DNA from: Haliotis rubra
Taxonomy: Eukaryota
Direction of reading: 5' to 3'
DNA: 64,000 nt
NCBI RefSeq assembly: GCF_003918875.1
Contig: NW_025767146.1
Span: 2,170,001 to 2,234,000, forward strand
The translations under genes were made by a program, and so were the position numbers. A model generated the notes under the pieces. The model saw only the letters and a list, made by a program, of their open reading frames with translations, ran no database searches and was not told where the DNA came from. The stretch's first letter is position 1; each line of letters starts with the position of its first letter. Of this stretch, positions 13,260 through 24,849 are shown one piece after another.

Positions 13260-13490
13260 GATAGTAGCCCGATAGTAGCCCGATAGTAGCCGAATAGCAG
13301 CCCGACAGTAGCTCAATATCACCCCGATAGTAGCCCAATAGTTGTCCGATAGTAGCCCAATAGCAGCCTGATAGTAGCCCAATAGAAGCCTGATAGTAGC
13401 TCAATAGCAGTCCGAGAGTAGACCAATAGTTGTCCGATAGTAGCCAATAGCAGCCTGATAGTAGCCCACTAGCTGCCCGATAGTAACCTG
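13260..13490. repeat. Degenerate 11-bp tandem repeat (gatagtagccc)
   Basis: Direct periodicity with high divergence between units. Confidence 0.85.
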
Positions 13491-13829
13491 ACAGGAAACA
13501 CAAAACTCCAGACAATGCCTCACATATTATGCGAACATACAACAGGTGGAATTTCAATAACACATCATATAAACGGACCCAACTTCCTGTAATAAAAATG
13601 ATTAATATAATCATTTTCAATATGAAACTTGAATAATTATGTTAAAGAATATCAGTCAATGTAACTATTTTTTCACCTCTCAAATACAATTTGACTCGTA
13701 TACATAACATGCTGAAAACATTTACGAAACAACAATAAATGTAACATTACCTTTTACTGCCTACACGACACGATGTGCCTATTCCAATTACTGGTGAATA
13801 TACCTAGCGTACAACGTCGGGCCTCCTGA

Positions 13830-14520
13830 ACGGCGGTGCCAGTAATACTGCGGTCGGCGCCACGGCCAGTTGGGGTGATCGTTAGCAACAAGCAAGACCC
13901 CAGTCGCCTGCCTTATTACACTTGCGCTCTCGATGCCGGTTTACGACTCAGGCAAAGCTTGGAGATTACACAACCATTTGTCAAGGAATCTTCCCATTTG
14001 CCAATCAACGATGTTTATTCTTTGTTTTACAACACATTTCAGAACAGGGATATTTCCAACAGGGCAAATCCAAGAAGGCGACTTAACCAGATATAAACTC
14101 TTGTTGTAGACTTAACAACACATAAACGACTACCGTCCCTTGCTGGCAGGAATTGAAGGAAGTCGGGATGCCAGGAATGATGACATAGCGTGGACCATGG
14201 AGCCAATCCGACCTGGATCCCAAGATGGAATGGTAAATAAAGAATATGTGATTGTTAGCATACACTTGCTGGAAGTTGAAAACTAAGTGCGAGTCTGTGG
14301 ACAGACAGAGCATGCATTATACCACTGCATCACAGCTGGGGCAGACTGTTATCTGACGGTTCTTGCAACGTCTTTCCGCGCGATCGTTGTCGCAAAAACA
14401 CACACAAAGCCATCATAGTCCCTGTTGTCCAAATGAGATGCTGCACTGGCTTCTCGTCGTAAACATACTGCAGGGTGTTGGCCGTCTTTCAGGCTGATAC
14501 ACTCGCTGCTATCTACTGAA
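13830..14520 (+). mobile_element. Decayed DIRS-like retrotransposon fragment (RNase H and downstream region)
   Basis: Collinear echoes of DIRS RNase H motifs: ALDAG ~ TDAS, ESSHLPIN ~ EExLHIN, TTTVPC ~ DNTTVxA, SIHLLEVEN ~ ARHIPGxxN, and WPSFRLI ~ FPPFSLI. Many stops and frameshifts. Confidence 0.45.
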
Positions 14521-14989
14521 AGACGGGCAGTCAACTTGCAATTAATGGAAGGAACATTTCTAGACCGGCTCTAGAAAGGGGACAAATTGCTTCTGGACCA
14601 TATATTCGACAGTACGTCAAAGTTTGATTGTCCTTAGATGCGATTGATATATCCGCGAGGCTTCAGGGAAGAAACAGTTCCTATGACTTCGTGCACATTT
14701 GTGTAGGTAGGCAATCGTGTCCCCAGTACCTCATGCCCGTCTCCTGTAACCTTCACTGTGTCGGATTGGCCCCTGTGTGTCCAAAACTCTATCAGTGTCG
14801 GACAGGTTCCCTGTACGTCACGCTATTATCCTGCAGCGGTAACCATCCGTGTTTCACATAGGTCCTTCATCATATATTCTTATTATCTACCTACTGTTAG
14901 TGCTGTCCCTCCTTCTCTATCTCATTCACTTATAGCACCGCTCTCCTTGTCTGTGCGTTACCTCAATATGTGCTGAGTTTGCAATAACA

Positions 14990-16500
14990 AACTATGTACA
15001 TCCTGTCGAGTACTGTAATTGGATTTGTTGAGTGTACAAAGTACATACTGGGTTCAGATATGGCTGGGATTTTTCTACTCCACTGTTGTTTAATGTCTCT
15101 ACTCCAACACTAATCAGTTTAACTTTCCAAGACCCAAGCTACCATCCGCTATATCTGTGCTGTCATTTTTATGGCAGATCTGCTTCAATATGAAATCGAT
15201 TTTAGAAACTTAATCATGATTGTAATTGGCCCTTATGACGCTACAGTCGATCAACGACGCCTTAAATAATACAAATTACCCAATCTGTATCGCACCAGGA
15301 ACACACGCTTCTGAGAAGACATAAATGGACGATAACTCACTATCTGACGGGTGTGCTAATACCACGTCTCCCCCTTGTCGGTATTCTGTGTCAGCGCTCA
15401 ATGACAATATCAAAGCAGGAATTATTTCAAATATTCGATTGTTGCATTCATAATTATGGCGATATTCCACAGCCAATTTCCTGTTTACGCCTGGAAACAA
15501 AAGGACATGCATTTACTAATTAATGAGTTACCGTGTCATATAACTTGTAGGTCATTCATTTGTGGAGTAGGTTATTCATTTGTGGAGCACGTGGTGTTGA
15601 CAACCCGGAGGGGAGGGGTAGCAATGCAAGGGAACTCATGAATATAGCCCTGAGCTCCTTACAGCTGTATATGCCCTATGACTAGGACAGTTCTAGGACA
15701 GTTGTACATATCCTACCGTGACAGTAATACAATCAGGCGGGCAGCTCTAGAACCGTTGTAGTCTACTGTGACAGTAATACAATCAGGCGGGCAGTTCTAG
15801 GACCGTTGTAGTCTACTGTGACAGTAATACAATCAGGCGGGCAGTTCTAGGACAACTGTATCCTTCTAAGACAGTAATACAATCAGGCTGGCAGTTTTAG
15901 GACCGTTGTATTCTACTGTGACAGTAATACAATCAGGCGGGAAGTTCTTGAACAGCTGCATCATCTTATGATAGTAATACAATCAGGCTGGCAGTTCTAG
16001 GACAGCTGTATCCTTCTAAGACAGTAATGCAATCAGGCGGGCAGTTCTAGGACAGCTGTATCCTTTTAAGACAGTAATACAATCAGGCTGGCAGTTCTAG
16101 TACCGTTGTATTCTACTGTGACAGTAATACAATCAGGCGGGCAGTTCTAGGACAGCTGTATCCTTCTAAGACAGCAATGCAATCAGACTGGCAGTTCTAG
16201 GACAGCTGTATCCTTCTAAGACAGTAATACAATCAGGCGGGCAGTTCTAGGCACATTTCTATTGTAGCCCAATATGACAGTAATACTGATCACCTTGGAG
16301 CTTCTGGTCAGCCTTTATGAGGAAGCCAATGTAAACGTTAATGGCATGTTTGTCGTCCTGTAGTAAGTTCACATCGGTGTCTCAAGGGTTGAAACAAAGG
16401 TGCACAGAATTACTGACGTCCCTTGTCTAAGACAACAGACAAAAATCAATTGCATCTTTTGTACGATATGAACATATTTTTTTCGTTGCTCGCCTACAAT
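14990..16500 (+). mobile_element. Decayed non-LTR RT fragment spanning the 50-bp array
   Basis: 15045-15110 reads TGFRYGWDFSTPLLFNV (~GVRQGxxLSPLLFNxY), followed by FMADL (~FADD) at about 15170. Confidence 0.45.
15690..16290. repeat. 50-bp minisatellite (gacagtaatacaatcaggcgggcagttctaggaccgttgtagtctactgt), about 11 copies, two unit variants
   Basis: Direct tandem periodicity. Confidence 0.97.
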
Positions 16501-16787
16501 CTGTGATCTGAAGAGCCACACTCGGCTTTACTTTTTACGTCGACCAAACACAACAGAGGACACTTGACTGACACAAGGACTATCGCAGCATCAGTGACAT
16601 GTCGTGGTCGAGGAGCGCTGTGTCAATATCCCCGTCTGTGTACTCGGCTCTCGCCGGGCAGGTTGGTTTCCGTGGGTGTCATACAGCCGTTTGTGTGTGT
16701 GGTCAGTCTGAATATACATACACTTAGCTGTATACTAAAACATCCATTCAACCACAAGGATTCCATAATAATATTTCAGGCCAGGCA

Positions 16788-17175
16788 CGGGGGCATGGCG
16801 AGCGGACAAAAGCCATAACGATGTTAGATTGTTGGTAGATTATTGCAATAACACTGCTAAGGCCTGGTAGAGTGGCTTGTTTGACGCCGCAAATAGCGTT
16901 GTTGTTCGCAGCACATCAGTCTGTAAGCCGCCTGTGCGTGATCTGCCTATTGGAGTGTCGCCTATGCCATGATATCAGCTTGCTTTCAAGACCGTTTGTG
17001 AGCTTGGCTTGTGATACTTCCCTACTTGAAATTACTTGTTATGAAATCTTAAGCTTGTGGCTTGATTTACCATTCCCTTTGACTTTGTGTTTGGTGCCGT
17101 ACTCTGCGAGTGTGGGTTCTAATCCAGGATGGAACTCAACCTCAAAAAGTACCAAAATCTGAAGTTTATTAAGAA
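16788..17175 (+). mobile_element. tRNA-Leu-like SINE or pseudogene with a long internal insert
   Basis: A-box-like atggcgagcgg at about 16795. The tRNA-Leu-like 3' half tggtgccgtactctgcgagtgtgggttctaatcc (B box 17115-17125) lies about 300 bp downstream. Confidence 0.45.
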
Positions 17176-17739
17176 TTTGCAATCCGAATTATAACATCGT
17201 ACATTGGACTTCTTTGTGAAAGGCATTGTGTCTTCATAACTCTTTCTTCTCGTAAGCTATAATTATTACACGAACACATTCACAACTGACTTGTGGAACA
17301 CAAGATAATATTGTAAAAGAAACAAAAACTTAATGGTTGTAGTTATTGGCCTCGTTGTGTAATGATTTATTACATATACCATAGATGGTTGGGAAACATC
17401 TCTCCTGCTGAGACCCATCTGTCTCTAAGAACGTGTCTCATCCGGACTCTCTCTCTCTCTCTCTAACCCTAGATTTTCAGACACATGACACTGCTCCAGA
17501 CACCTTCTCACACCAGAAACTCTGACACATAACACCATCCCGGACGCGCTCTCACCCGAGAATCTCTCTGACACGAAAATCTCAGGCACATGACATCGCT
17601 CACCCCGTACACTCTGGCATAGCCCCCCGACTCTCTCTCGACTAGGCGTTCTCTAACCCCGCGAACTCTGACACATGACACCACCCCAGACGCTCTCTCA
17701 CTTCAGACGCTCTGTCACCATCCCTCGACTCTGTCTCAC

Positions 17740-18405
17740 CATGGACTCTCTCTCACTCAGGACACTGTCCGACCCCTGGCACTCTCTCACCCTCGACACT
17801 CTCTCAACCCGGACTCTCTCTCATCCCGGACACTGTCTCAACCCGGACGCCCTCTCACCCAAGACACTGTCTCAACCCGGACACTCTCTCATCCCGGACA
17901 CTGTCTTGCCCAGGACACTCTCTCACCCAGGACACTCTCTCACCCAAGACACTGTCTCACCCAGGACACCGTCCCGGTTTCACGCCGTAGACTCTTTGCT
18001 GGACACTCTCTCACCCAGGACACTCTCTCACCCATGACACTGTCTCACCCAGGACACCGTCCCGGTTTCACGCCGTAGACTCTTTGCTGGACACTTTCTC
18101 ACCCAGGACACTCTCTCACCCAAGACACTGTCTCACCCAGGACACCGTCCCGGTTTCACGCCGTAGACGCTTTGCTGGACACTCTCTCACCCAGGACGCT
18201 CTCTCACCCAAGACACTGTCTCACCCAGGACACTGTCTCACCCAAGACACTCTCTCACCCAGGACACTGCCCCGGTTTCACGCCGTGGACTCTTTGCTGG
18301 ACACTCTCTCACCCAGGACGCTCTCTCACCCAAGACACTGTCTCACCCAGGACACTGTCTCACCCAGGACACTGCCCCGGTTTCACGCCGTAGACTCTTT
18401 GCTGC
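17740..18405. repeat. 19-bp repeat (caggacactctctcacc-type) with a higher-order unit containing cccggtttcacgccgtagactctttgctg; degenerate copies from about 17430
   Basis: Direct periodicity. The 29-bp insert recurs five times, at about 17973, 18061, 18149, 18271 and 18376. Confidence 0.95.
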
Positions 18406-21059
18406 ACAGTTCATCACCCTAATTGGCCATGTATCTTCTCGCGTCACAAATGAATTGGTCATTACTTTCAGCAGTGATGGTCAAGCTCTGACATTCACAA
18501 CTGACCGATCAATCTGGCCGACTGGCCGTGTGGTAGGCAAACGGTCAGCAGACAAATTATCGCCACACTTTACAACTGTGGCACCTGCTCTGGCACCAAC
18601 CCATCGGCCCCAACATCTCCAGCGGAGAGATTTCAAATGATAATGGCCTACTGTACAGAATAACACCGCTTGGCAAAGTAAATAGTGACCTCGCCTGACT
18701 GCACAATTCCAAGGGTCAGCGGGTACCACACACAGAAGTAAGAATAACGATATATAGGCATGGAATCAATAGCTACCACTGTCTCAGTCTGAGAACACAC
18801 AGGGCGCAGACAAGATTGGAACACCTGAAGACACCAGCTGCTGAGAAAATAAATATTGAGAAAAATGAATTTCCCTAGATTCTCTTAGCGGGATGTTCTG
18901 AAAAGATAAAAATTGACAAACCCAAACCCACCCCCTGCACATCAGTAGCCCTTCACAACAAGCGGACAGTAATCGTCCACAACAGACTGGCAGTAGCCGT
19001 CCACAACAGACTGGCAGTAGCCGTAGACAAAAAAAATCCGTAGTAGCAGACCATAACAGGCCGTTGATGTTATGTCGGAGATACTCGAACATAACTAAAA
19101 TGTCCACAGTTTTGAGGTCTGTTAGCTTCTAGAAATAGCTGTATGATAATACTGAGCGTCTTGGCAACACAACCGGTCGTGAATTATGGCGACCGTGAAG
19201 GACAACAGAAGTAAGATGGGAAATTTCACAGTTGACGGTTTCAGATGAGTAGTGCGTAATACCTCCACGACGGGCCCGAGGTTTATCTGCCCCACACTTC
19301 CCTGGCCTTTCCAAGTTCAGCAAACGAGGTCCGCAAGCTAAGACGTTGGCCGGTCTCCTTGTTATCTCTCAGGAGTGTTCAGTGGGGTAGGTCTGGGTTC
19401 ATTACCAGTCATTGGATACTATGGTGTCCTGCTAGAATACAGCATTTACGATTCTTCCACACTGTGTACGCGCGTTGTCGTCCTGAAAGACAAACCGTCT
19501 ACCTGCTCACCTTGCTAACGGAACAACACGAGGTATCAGAATGTTAGTTATCATGATAGGAATGACCAGTGTACCTTCCTTGCATATGGAGCGGGGTCTG
19601 GTGTCTGCTGGCAATGGCAAGTTGTTAGTAGCAGCACAAAGGGTGGCGATGAGATGAGCTGCTTTAGACGGTTTCTTGTCGTTTTACCCCTAACTAACAC
19701 TCCAGTAGACTGGTGTAGGTTTTGAGGTAGATTCGTTGGTCGTCTGAGCTCGATACCAGGTACCTGGTTTCAGACCAATCGATCCTACATTCTTTTCGTT
19801 AACCTGAGACAACCGGAATCATCAACAATGTGTTTGATTTACCGTTATTCATCATCTGCTAATCACTGACTGTCAAATGTTACATGTTTTGGCTACTGCA
19901 TGCTTACTTCGTCCGGTTTCTAGCATGCCGATAGATGTTAGACACTAGACGTAACGTCGCGAATTCAAACGCTATGTATGATATCAAGTAAATCACTGTA
20001 GGACTAGGAGAGTCAATAGGCTTGACAAAACTAATGATCTACAGAGATTTATCGACCTTCCTTGAAAGTGTCCAAATAAGGACACTTACTGCTATAGGCG
20101 TTGGGGTTTTGGTGTTGGGGTTTACAGACACAGCCGTTCTTGTATTAGGTGTTTGGAATACACATTTCATGATCCCCTGCATATTTTAAAGATTATGTCA
20201 ATTAATTTGACCAAAGTTTAAATATCATGATGGCTTCCAGAAGCAGAAGAATCCATTTACCGTTAAGTAAATCTGCACAGTATAAATTGCCTTCGTGTTA
20301 CCGAAAACTATCCCTCCTTTGAGAATATTTAGTAAAAACTAGAAGTCGTCGATGTTGCCAATACCAGCGCTGCAGTTTTCTAAGTAGCTGGGTTAATGAC
20401 GCTCAATGAAAGGCGTTTAATGAGCGGCAATGGCGGTATCGCGTGAAATGCCCCACTGTGATATCACGCTGATTGATTAACACGTGTAAAGCAAACTGGC
20501 ACAGGCTACTGGTGAGGTTTGTGCTTCAATGCAAGGCACATCGGGTAGGCGGCCATCATGCGATTTCTCTTCCAATGAACGGTTTTATATGTCCAATTTC
20601 TCCATTAATTTTTTGAGAATATTGGGTTTATTTCGTTCACTTTCATTCCACTGGGTCTGCTATTGCTGTAGGGGTAATCCGGCTGCGCCAACGCAGGTTT
20701 CACAGAAACGTTCAGATTAACTTCCCTGTTCCTTCAGACTCCGACTACGTGTCCTGCTTCCTTCTACGGTGAATATTGCCATATCAGCTAATTTTGACAT
20801 CATCCTGGAACTGCAGAACTTCAACATTTGGATCTCAGACAGACTTTAATCCCTGTTTACGACAAATGTGCTGTTGCTTCCATTCACTACGGCAGAGAGC
20901 CAACAATGATGAACACAATTATGTGCCCATGTGCAACTCGTCGAGCAGTGTGGAGCACAACTGTTACTGACCACAGACCCACCGCCACTACCAATATCCC
21001 AGGTTACAACTCATGTGTCACAAATCGAAGGTCCCAAGACCGCCGCTTGCCACAAATAC

Positions 21060-21430
21060 CACCACCAAGCAGCTACTCCATGTTACACTGTCCTTAACTG
21101 GTACCACTGCTCAATGCTACGTACACCGTCTACCACCATCATCACTACCCCATGTAACATACACCGTCTACCACTATCAACACTACTCCATGTAACATAC
21201 ACCGTCTACCACCATCAACACTACCCCATGTACCATACACCGTCTACCACCATCATCACTACTACATGTAACATACACCGTCTACCACTATCAACACTAC
21301 CCCATGTAACATACACCGTCTACCACCATCAACACTACCCCATGTAACATACACCGTCTACCACCATCATCACTACCCCACGTAACACACACCGTCTACC
21401 ACCATCAACACAATCCCATGTAACATATAT
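21060..21430. repeat. 38-bp minisatellite (catgtaacatacaccgtctaccaccatcaacactaccc), about 9 copies
   Basis: Direct tandem periodicity. Confidence 0.96.
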
Positions 21431-22604
21431 CGTTACATTGAACCCCGATGTAAACCAAGGGATATATATATATATAGATGAGATTTGACGTTTTGCAGAT
21501 TCTCGTCTCTAGGCTAGCAGGCCAGGAGGATGAAGTAAGACAGGCCTTGAGGCGTCTCACAGCGGAATCCTCTGAACCCTTTCTATCAGTCGGTGTGAAA
21601 AATCACGTTCCCTTAAGTCGACATCATTTCCATGCTGTCAGAACAGGTGCCCTTTAAGCTAATGTTAGGCAGATCATCGCATGTACCTGTTCCGAATTCC
21701 GATGAGAAATTGGGCTTTTAACACCATGTAGAAGGTGTGGCAAGCGATTACATTCATTGACGATTATTGGCTAGTCTGAAGTTGTGTGTGATCTCGTCAT
21801 TGATGTTCCTGTCTTATTGATGCCCCAGCAGCATCGTCGCTGCTCCTCAGATTCCCGCGACGTGACGGATAAAGCACCAGCGTCAGCCCTGCGGTGGCAT
21901 AATCACAGTCTCTCGCCACACAAGGTCAACGAATAACCACCTAATACGCCTCAGCATTTTTGTAAACCAATTTCTCCAATATCAGCGTTTTTTCTTCGAT
22001 TTGCTTAAGTAATGTTAGGATTTGTAAACGGCGGAGTGTTTGTGGGAAAGATGTCCGTTAAGTACTTCTGGAAGCTGGGCTGGATGGTATTCACCGCCAG
22101 ATTCAGTGTACTTAGCTTTAGTTGAGTGATCTAATTACAAGGACGTATCACCGCTTAAACTGTTTACATGCATTTCTCCATGAGCCCATTCACTTGCCCT
22201 CCACTTTGTGTGAATCGTGGACCGCCAATCACAGATGTGGACAAAATACAAGTTCGAGTGCTACTTTCATCGGCTGTTAATGAGAACCAATTAGATCCAG
22301 GCACAGCACCAACAGAGCCGTCACCCCTCATTCAGCCTAACCCTCGGGGTTGTGGGATTGTAATACTGTGTTGAAACAGGAGACACCGTTAACCAGCACA
22401 TCGCATCATCCACTCACAAATGTTCGCCAATACTAAAAACTGCAAACGAAATTAAAAGGAGCATGCTGTGCTCTCTTGGGAAACATCTTCGTTCAAATAA
22501 ACCTGAATGTCCCCCCCGAACATAAAGCTGCGTTTGCTTCCTTCTCTTATGTTCAATACTTTTACCAGGTCGACCGCTTCAACGTCAGGTTTTACAAGGG
22601 GCAT

Positions 22605-22851
22605 CCCACACTGCAGTAAGTGTTGGACCTACCAGAGCTGGTAGCCACTTCAAGACCAGGTAGCCTCCCACACTGCAGTAAGTGTTGGACCTACCACAGC
22701 TGATAGCCACTTCAAGACCAGGTAGCCTCCCACACTGCAGTAAGTGTTGGACCTACCACAGCTGATAGCCACTTCAAGACCAGGTAGCCTCCCACACTGC
22801 AGTAAGTGTTGGACCTACCAGAGCTGATAGCCACTTCAAGACCAGGTAGCC
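22605..22851. repeat. 62-bp tandem repeat, 4 copies
   Basis: cccacactgcagtaagtgttggacctacca...gaccaggtagcc starts at 22605, 22667, 22729 and 22791. Confidence 0.98.
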
Positions 22852-23189
22852 ATGGTCAATTTTGGTCCTGCTCCACCATGACGAATCTAGTGTTCAGCTG
22901 AACAAACACTGAACATATGGTTTAAGTCGAATTGCATCTAAAGGCTGGAGCTGTCTGAATGATGCTCGACATCCTTTTGCTCATAATATATCAAACAGAT
23001 GAGGCAGTTTATAATCAGGAAAAGAAGGATTAAACGATAATAGATATTTGATATACCCGAAGAATAATGTTAAGGGCCTTGGTCAAACATTTATAGTTTG
23101 ATTCAACTGATCTGAACAGAAAGTCTGTCTCGTATGAATAAAGACCAACACCGAGAAGAGCACAGGTTGTGCCCGTGGAATGTCTACAC

Positions 23190-24577
23190 ATGTCTGAATG
23201 TCTGCTCCTTGTCTGAATGTCTACTCCTTGTCTGAATGTCTACTCTCCTTGTCTACCCCTTGTCTGAATGTCTACTCCTTGTCTGAATGTCTACTCCTCG
23301 TCTGAATGTCTACTCCTTGTCTGAATGTCTACTCCTCGTCTGAATGTCTGCTCCTTGTCTGAATGTCTACTCCTCGTCTGAATGTCTACTCCTTGTCTGA
23401 ATGTCTATTCCTTGTCTGAATGTCTACTCCTCGTCTGAATGTCAACTCCTCGTCTGATTGTCTACTCCTCGTCTGAATGTCTACTCCTCGTCTGAATGTC
23501 TACTCCTCGTCTGAATGTCTACTCCTCGTCTGATTGTCTACTCCTTGTCTGAATGTCTACTCCTCGTCTGAATGTCTACTCATCGTCCGAATGTCTACTC
23601 CTTGTCCGAATGTCTACTCCTTGTCTGAATGTCTACTCCTTGTCTGAATGTCTACTCCTTGTTTGAATGTCTACTCCTCGTCTGAATGTCTACTCCTTGT
23701 CTGAATGTCTACTCTTTGTTTGAATGTCTTCTCGTCTGAATGTCTACTCCTTGTCTGAATGTCTACTCCTCGTCTGAATGTCTACACCTTGTCTGAATCT
23801 CTACACCTCGTCTGAATATCTACTCCTTGTCTGAATGTCTACTCTTTGTCTAAATCTCTACACCTCGTCTGAATGTCTACTCTTTGTTTGAATGTCTTCT
23901 CGTCTGAATGTCTACTCCTTGTCTGAATGTCAACTCCTCGTCTGAATGTCTACACCTTGTCTGAATCTCTACACCTCGTCTGAATATCTACTCCTTGTCT
24001 GAATGTCTACTCTTTGTCTAAATGTCTACTCCTCGTCTGAATGTCTACTCCTTGTCTGAATGTCTACTCCTTGTCTGAATCTCTACACCTTGTCTGAATG
24101 TCTACTCTTTGTTTGAATGTCTTCTCGTCTGAATGTCTACTCCTTGTCTGAATGTCTACTCCTCGTCTGAATGTCTACACCTTGTCTGAATCTCTACACC
24201 TCGTCTGAATATCTACTCCTTGTCTGAATGTCTACTCCTTGTCTAAATGTCTACTCCTCGTCTGAATCTCTACTCCTCGTCTGAATGTGTACTCCTTGTC
24301 TGAATGTCTACTCTTTGTCTAAATGTCTACTCCTCGTCTGAATATCTACTCCTTGTCTAAATGTCTACTCCTCGTCTGAATGTCTACTCCTTGTCTGAAT
24401 GTCTACTCTTTGTTTGAATGTCTTCTCGTCTGAATGTCTACTCCTTGTCTGAATGTCTACTCCTCGTCTGAATGTCTACTCCTTGTCTGAATGTCTACTC
24501 CTCGTCTGAATGTCTACTCCTTGTCTGAATGTCTACTCCTTGTCTGAATGTCTACTCCTTGTCTGAATGTCTACTCC
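23190..24577. repeat. 19-bp minisatellite (tgtctgaatgtctactcct), about 73 copies
   Basis: Direct tandem periodicity. Recurring 16-bp deletion variants indicate block duplications. Confidence 0.99.
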
Positions 24578-24849
24578 ACGTTACTCCACGAGGACGTACA
24601 ACATGTCATGTGTTGCTTCTCAATCAGCTTCAGAAGACATCTGCTCTTTTTCTGGCATATTATCCTGAACCTTTGACGATATGTAACACTAATTATGGAC
24701 ACGACAAATGCCTGTCGGATAGAAAAAAGTTCATTCCTGGAATGGTTGTGTACAAAGTTAATAGTTTGCAGTACATAATTGAATGTGGTACCTCTCTGAG
24801 ACTGCAAACGTAAGTGTTTTTGAAAAACCACGTAGACTTAATTGCACTT

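Noticed and set aside
17970-18405. CRISPR-like constant 29-bp repeat with intervening sequence
   Set aside because: The intervening sequences are themselves tandem 19-bp repeats, not unique spacers. The context is eukaryotic and no cas genes are present.
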